Source: an uncultured Nitrososphaeraceae archaeon | Lineage (GTDB): Archaea; Thermoproteota; Nitrososphaeria; Nitrososphaerales; Nitrososphaeraceae | NCBI GenBank assembly: GCA_963837175.1 | Contig: CAWIMJ010000049.1 | Coordinates: 1-38,159, forward strand | Direction of reading: 5' to 3' | DNA: 38,159 nt | Shown: piece after piece, positions 32,335 through 38,159 of the stretch | How the letters are laid out: each line of letters begins with the position of its first letter | Position numbering within the stretch: position 1 is the stretch's first letter | The notes under the pieces: model-generated | The model's database searches: none | Told to the model about the DNA's origin: nothing | The model's input: the letters and a program-made list of their open reading frames with translations, nothing else | Program-made: the position numbers and the translations under genes

Positions 32335-32931
32335 CTACTTTAATCTTCCAACTTCATGTTCTACATCTACCATATTAGTATATTCTCTAGATGGAAGATC
32401 ATCCAATATATCCAACACTGCTTTCGCATCTTCAACTTGAGCTTTAGATATATGGTTCCTAGCATATTGTTTTAAGCTATCTTTTGATTTTGGAAAGTCT
32501 ATTCCTGACAAGAGTTTAGCAATTGTAGCTGCTGATATTGATGAGGATTTAACAGGAGCAGTCCTTCCTCCTCTCTTACTTGGCTGTTCTGATGCTTCAA
32601 CTTCCTTTGCACTTCTAACTTCTCTCCCACTCTTTAATTCACCTAATGCTATAGCAATTTCAGCAGAGTCTCTATATATTCTGTCTGGAAGAGATTTTAT
32701 TATTTTTAATAATTCTTCATTTGAGGCTTTCTGAGAAGCATACTCTACCAATTCTTCCTTTGTTTTAGGATAGTGTATCCCAGCTAACGCTTTTTCTATA
32801 TCTGCTGCTGAAGGTGCTTGTGGTGGATGAGCTGTAGCCATATGTCGTTCTAGACGAGATTTTTGTTCAAAGCTATCTCCGCATATATTACAAGTAAATT
32901 GAGAGTTTGATGAAGAAGATGAAGGTACCAT
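32335..32931 (-). CDS. C2H2 zinc finger plus two DUF2795 domains
   Basis: FTCNICGDSFEQKSRLERHMATAH, then two L.GI.[YF]PK.K..L..YA...LP...Y repeats. Confidence 0.85.
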   Translation of the reverse strand: MVPSSSSSNSQFTCNICGDSFEQKSRLERHMATAHPPQAPSAADIEKALAGIHYPKTKEELVEYASQKASNEELLKIIKSLPDRIYRDSAEIAIALGELKSGREVRSAKEVEASEQPSKRGGRTAPVKSSSISAATIAKLLSGIDFPKSKDSLKQYARNHISKAQVEDAKAVLDILDDLPSREYTNMVDVEHEVGRLK

Positions 32932-32951
32932 GGCTTATCACTATACCTGTT

Positions 32952-34070
32952 TTATCTAATTTCTCCTAATGCTTTTTCAATATCTGTCATATTATGATAT
33001 TTTCCATCTGGTAGTTCCTTGATTACTTCAATTACATCATCTGAACTTTCGACTTTTGCTTTGTTTTCATTTGCATAATCTACTAACTCATTTTTATCCT
33101 TTGGAAATTCTATTCCAGAAAATATCTTTGCAATAGATGCAGCTGAAGTTGATACAGTAGCGGCAATCTTTCCTCCAATTTTTCCACCTTTGCCACCGGG
33201 ATATTCTTCTTTTGATAAATGCTTTACTTCTTGAGCCATAGGGATTTCTTCTTTATTTGGAAACTTTCCTTTCAACAAAGACTTTAATGGTACCTGTTCC
33301 TTTCTTAGCTTTAGTTCCTTGAATATATCTGCAGTGTTTTCTGTTTCCTTCTCTTCGTCGATATCTATACCAAGCTCTTCTTCAACGTCTTTTTTTCTTG
33401 CGCCAATTAATAATATCTGTGTATTTTCATAATTAAGAAGGTCGGGATCTTCAATACTTATCCATCGTCTATCTCCAAACTTTTCTATAAGATGTTTGGG
33501 ATATTCTGGTTTCTTTTCAGAGGCTGTAAAACCAGGTACCTTAACATTAGGATTCTTTACAGATATAATATAGCTAGCTTCCTTTTTTATTTCAAATTCT
33601 TTTTGGATAGGACCAGGCATTTTCGGAAGCTCCAAAATATATATTAACTCTGTATGGTTATCATGTTTAACTATTGTATACTTTCCTTCTCCAGCTGGTA
33701 TAGCGGCTGCAAGTCTTCTCTTACCTTTAGTTTCTGTAGTGTATTCAGCTGGTAAAAGTTCCATATGTATTTCATCTGGATTAGAAGTTGTAAGTATATT
33801 TAGTGCCCAATTTTTTTCTTCAGAGGTGGATTTACCTTCAACAATTTCTGGTAATTGTTTTTGGCCTATTAAAAATAATCTGTAAATCTCATCTTTCTTT
33901 TTTTTCTTGTTGTTATTCCTATTCTCCTTTTTTTCTTCTGCATGAGTAACCATGTAGAATCTCTGGACATCTTCTATGGCTTTAACTTCTTCAGTATCAA
34001 CTTTGGGTCTATAAAAGAAGAATATATCTCCCTGTTCAATTATCTTGGTATTCTTTTCTTCTTTGACCAT
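32952..34070 (-). CDS. Conserved hypothetical domain fused to a C-terminal DUF2795
   Basis: GDIFFFYRPKV...SYIISVKNP...FGDRRW domain; C-terminus GIEFPKDKNELVDYA...LPDGKY. Confidence 0.85.
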   Translation of the reverse strand: MVKEEKNTKIIEQGDIFFFYRPKVDTEEVKAIEDVQRFYMVTHAEEKKENRNNNKKKKKDEIYRLFLIGQKQLPEIVEGKSTSEEKNWALNILTTSNPDEIHMELLPAEYTTETKGKRRLAAAIPAGEGKYTIVKHDNHTELIYILELPKMPGPIQKEFEIKKEASYIISVKNPNVKVPGFTASEKKPEYPKHLIEKFGDRRWISIEDPDLLNYENTQILLIGARKKDVEEELGIDIDEEKETENTADIFKELKLRKEQVPLKSLLKGKFPNKEEIPMAQEVKHLSKEEYPGGKGGKIGGKIAATVSTSAASIAKIFSGIEFPKDKNELVDYANENKAKVESSDDVIEVIKELPDGKYHNMTDIEKALGEIR

Positions 34071-34208
34071 AATGCCCCCTGATCATAAGATGAAAAATAT
34101 AACTTATAGATATATGTGATATAATATATAATACTATACTTCATGAGACCTACTTTTCATAACTGAGAATTAGTAAAAATATTACAGATAATACAAGTGA
34201 AAGACTCA

Positions 34209-34290
34209 TATCGTTGCTTTACTTGTAATATGGAATTTATCGATAAAGAAATGGGTTAAGAGCATAAAAACATTTCAGTAATCACCAATT
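34209..34290 (+). pseudogene. C2H2 zinc-finger remnant
   Basis: YRCFTCNMEFIDKEMG*EH. Confidence 0.4.
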
Positions 34291-34940
34291 CACTCAAAGA
34301 ATAAGAGTTGAGTAAAACTAACAAATCTATAAAAGATTATCCAAATTTCTGGTTGTATATTATATACATCTCATTTACTATTAGCAGAACAAATCTCAAA
34401 AGGAATCAAATATAATTGAAAGTCATAAAATATTCTTATACAACTTTATCCTGTTATTATAATCCTTTCTATCCTTGCCTATAATAGGATATACAGGATA
34501 TCCGTTGTCAGGATTATTATTATTATCAATTGAATATTCATCTAATTTAGCAAAACCTATAACTAATGCTGTCTACTTAAAATGAGTGGCATTCAAAGAC
34601 TTTAGAGACTCGCTCAAACCCAAGCCAATGTGGAACAGAATCAATTGCTTGTCAGAATGGTAAACCATTCTGGATAGGGGAACAGAAACGGCATAAACAA
34701 GAAGGTATAACTACAAAGGAGATTGCTGTTTAATCATATCATTGACTTACATAGGAAGAATGGAGAAACTATTTTAATATTCTGAAAAATTATTTTTGAT
34801 TCCTTACAACATGATAATGACAATTTATTACTATTGATATATTTTTTGGTGTAATAATTCATTTTTAATTAAGTTTTACTTTCGTCGTTCTTGCCTCTCG
34901 AACAAACATTCTTACTTGATAATTGCTTTAAAATTAGTTA

Positions 34941-35117
34941 TTGAGTCATAAAAAAGAAATTAAAGAACCAAATTTAGATACTGAAAAAGCAAAGGCTCTT
35001 GAATTAGATGAGCAACCAAAGCCAACTAGGAAGATTAGTCATCCTACTACTCCCATAGGAGAAAATGAAGAACCAAATACCATTGATAAGAGAAAGGGTA
35101 GAAGGACAATTAGGTAA
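34941..35117 (+). CDS. 58-aa hydrophilic hypothetical protein
   Basis: TTG-started ORF MSHKKEIKEPNLDTEKAKALELDEQPKPTRKISHPTTPIGENEEPNTIDKRKGRRTIR. Confidence 0.45.
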   Translation: MSHKKEIKEPNLDTEKAKALELDEQPKPTRKISHPTTPIGENEEPNTIDKRKGRRTIR

Positions 35118-35259
35118 ACGTAGTGAAGTCAAAAACCCCTTTTTAAAGATGTCATTCAATGGCATACCGACTACAATTGGTACAAATAAGAAAATGATAG
35201 TATCTTATATAACAAATATATTGAAAGCGTAAATAAAATGTTGAGAACTTATTCTCATC

Positions 35260-35427
35260 ATGGGACAAAGAGGTAAAGTAACTGACATATCAGAACAAGC
35301 TACCTGTGAAGTATGTGGACTAACAGCTGGTACTAAAGACGAACTTAAAGTTCATATTCATCATGCACATGAGGCTGCTAATTCAAACAAAGTTTCATCA
35401 GATCAAAAAATTGATCCCTTTCCTTGA
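35260..35427 (+). CDS. 55-aa C2H2 zinc-finger protein, not in the ORF track
   Basis: MGQRGKVTDISEQATCEVCGLTAGTKDELKVHIHHAHEAA...IDPFP. Confidence 0.7.
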   Translation: MGQRGKVTDISEQATCEVCGLTAGTKDELKVHIHHAHEAANSNKVSSDQKIDPFP

Positions 35428-36211
35428 GATATACTTGTTATATGTTATTGGATGGCTCTCTTAACTTATCGTCTCTTTATGTGTATAATCAATAAAATAT
35501 ATTGAACTAATTGCTAACATGTCCACTCTATTTTTAATTCATTGCAAAGAAAATAACCGCATATAACTGAATAGTTATCTAGTGCAGACTCTTGTCCTCT
35601 CATTGATTCCCCAAAAGTCCTTGTTGTACTTCAAGTAATATATCTAATACATGAATTTATCCACTTTTTGTCTATAATAAAATGGATAATGAACAACCAC
35701 CAGCAATAGGCATTGCTAACAGATATCACAAGCAGCGAAACCCAATAGATACTTCTTCTCAGTTTTTTCTACTAACACTAAGATCGATCTATATCTCGAC
35801 ACATAATCTACGTTAGAAATACGTTGATTGCACAACAGAGAAGATATAACATTATCATATTGCGATATATAGATAGAGCTCTCATACCAGAAAAGGAATA
35901 AGAAGAACAAGCACAAGGAACAATAAGAAAACACCTCAGAAATTTTTCTTGTTCTTATTCAAATCATTAGTCATATGTGTGGAATTAAGTCTGTCTCTGT
36001 TGCTGGACTTTTGTATTCTTCTTCTAAAAGTTAGTATTTGCGCCAATATCTACAGGATTGCTTCTATCTGTGCCCATAGGCTGTATGTGTAGGCTCTGCT
36101 ATGGGATCTGTGCATTTCTTACTTCTTTTGGATCATTCTATTGTGAAGCGTATCTTTTAATTAAAAGACCTACAAAAAAAGAGGATAAGATCTCTCACTT
36201 TTCTATCTTTT

Positions 36212-36808
36212 TTATATTCCATGTTCGACAGTTGCAGTAGTTGGATTATATGTTCTTTGATGACTACCTGATATAGCATATGCAACACTTTGTATTCCTA
36301 TTATTAGGAGATTAATACCTAATATGAGTGTCAAAAGAAGTACTCCTAATGCTGGAGATGCAAAGACCATAAAAGATACTGCCAAAGACAATATACCTAC
36401 ACCTACAAGAAAGCCCTTTGACCATTTTGAAATATTCTTATCTGAGATGCCATGAATGATTCTCGCAATTCCTGTGAAAAGCAAACCAAGAGCTAGTAAA
36501 GTAACTAACACACCTGTTGTAAATACAGGAAATGCCAGAACTGCAATTCCTAATATAGCAGCTAACGCACCTAGAGCAATATTTCCAAATCGAGACGACT
36601 TTGAATGTTTTGATAGTGTAGTAATACCTGTAACTAACCTCTCAATTCCTACAACTACTAATGTAATAGAGAGTAGGAAAGTTAGAGTTGCAATACCAAC
36701 TCCAGGGTTTACGATAACTGCAAGTGACAGTGCTATGGCAATACCTCCAAGTACAATTTGTGAGATTCGAATGCCTTTAGAAGATTTCATCGTCGTTTCA
36801 GTTTTCAA
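36212..36808 (-). CDS. HdeD/DUF308 family membrane protein
   Basis: Six hydrophobic helices arranged as three repeated hairpins. Confidence 0.85.
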   Translation of the reverse strand: MKTETTMKSSKGIRISQIVLGGIAIALSLAVIVNPGVGIATLTFLLSITLVVVGIERLVTGITTLSKHSKSSRFGNIALGALAAILGIAVLAFPVFTTGVLVTLLALGLLFTGIARIIHGISDKNISKWSKGFLVGVGILSLAVSFMVFASPALGVLLLTLILGINLLIIGIQSVAYAISGSHQRTYNPTTATVEHGI

Positions 36809-37743
36809 AGTTATTCATTTGCAAAAAATTAGTGCAACTCCTTGATTATTAATATCATATATAATTATATACATAATTATTGTCATATAAACCCTTGTAA
36901 TATTTCAGATCAGATTTCTTTAACCTAATGTCATTTTCTAGCTCACTTTTTTTACAATGTTAGCCATATCTTCTTTATCAAAAATGCTAGAGGTGATGTT
37001 GGCATAATAGAAATACAAAGAAGAAGAAAATAGAGTTGCAGAAGACGCTGCAGAATAAAGCGGACACAACCAGACAGAGTATGGACAGACGAATATAGAT
37101 TGAAACATTGCAGGTGATATTATCGTAGAGTCTTAGTATCAGCAGACGACTAGTGGGAGACCATTAGGGGAAGCGATACTACTACTAGGAAGGATGACAG
37201 ACAAATAAAGTCCCTTATTTAATAATATTAAATAATCTAAATCCAGTATACTTCCTACAGCCTACTACATTGACAGGCATTATGATGATGGCTGCTAGCA
37301 TGGTTATATCGAAGATATTGAAAAAGAGCAGGTCAGATAATAGAAAAGCAAATAAATAATAAATACCTACTGCAAATATTGGTATCTGTTAATTATAACG
37401 AATATACATTGTAAAGATAAAAACAGATGAAAAAGTTAAGTATAAAAGAAGTTAGAATAACGACTTAATTTTATAGATACTTCAATTACTGTTAAACTTG
37501 AATATTAAAGTATTTAACTGCAAAAGCAGAAACAATATGTATAATTATGCAATAAGTCTTGGGAACAGAATAAGAAAGATAAACAAAATACAAAACAATA
37601 ATTTAAGAAATAAATGATGCTCTAGATCTTATTTTTTCGTATACTTATTTCTAAACAATTTGTGGATATTTCAACACTCCCTCTTCTTATAGTATTACGG
37701 ATCTTATTAGAACGAAACGATACTTCTATAATGAACTCATATT

Positions 37744-38159
37744 ATGGATTTATGGTATAGCAAAAAAGCACCAGAATTCGAGACAAAGCATAGCAAATCT
37801 TTGCTTCATCCCTTCATGGTAAAAGAACATGAAGGTCTTACTGTTAATCCTTACCAAGGATGCCATCATAGATGCGGGTATTGCTATGCGACTTATGAAT
37901 GGTCACCAAAATTTTATGACAAAATATATGCCAAAAACAATGCATCCCAAATACTTGAAAATCAATTAAAATCATGGAAATCGAAAACTATAGATCCTGT
38001 GATGATATCTTCTGCTACCGATCCATACCAACCAGCAGAACTAAAATATGGTATTACAAGGAAATGTATACAAATTTTACAGAAATATAATGTCCCTTAT
38101 TATATATTTACAAAATCCTCTATAATAAAAAGAGATTTAGAACTTCATAAACGATATAA
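37744..38159 (+). CDS. Radical SAM protein (SPL-like), partial
   Basis: NPYQGCHHRCGYCYA (CxxxCxxC), SSATDPYQPAE, TKS; runs off the window end. Confidence 0.9.
   Translation, partial: MDLWYSKKAPEFETKHSKSLLHPFMVKEHEGLTVNPYQGCHHRCGYCYATYEWSPKFYDKIYAKNNASQILENQLKSWKSKTIDPVMISSATDPYQPAELKYGITRKCIQILQKYNVPYYIFTKSSIIKRDLELHKRY

Overview
This is an AT-rich archaeal window whose gene families point to a soil ammonia-oxidising thaumarchaeon (Nitrososphaeraceae-like; inferred). Intact genes (tRNA-Val(TAC), mtnA, aldo/keto reductase, amidohydrolase, DUF1326, phosphoribosyltransferase, DUF2795 proteins, HdeD-like protein, radical SAM protein) are interspersed with many pseudogenes and mobile-element remnants. 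The first ~10 kb, on the 3' side of tRNA-Val, looks like a decayed island. It holds a copper cluster (type-C two-domain multicopper oxidase plus cupredoxins) and an IS stack: an integrase remnant split by IS5 and abutting an IS481 remnant, which is itself split by an apparently intact IS630. The most notable observations are: a seven-unit, ~10-bp-phased TGTTAYC array upstream of an HTH/coiled-coil gene; a GC-rich epoxide hydrolase whose Tat motif is cut off from a candidate start by an A9 run; an oxidase-cupredoxin pair one frameshift from fusion; iteron-like repeats at the tail of a replication-gene remnant; and several small Cys/His metal-binding proteins near a DUF2795 cluster. Family assignments come from motif recognition only; no searches were run.
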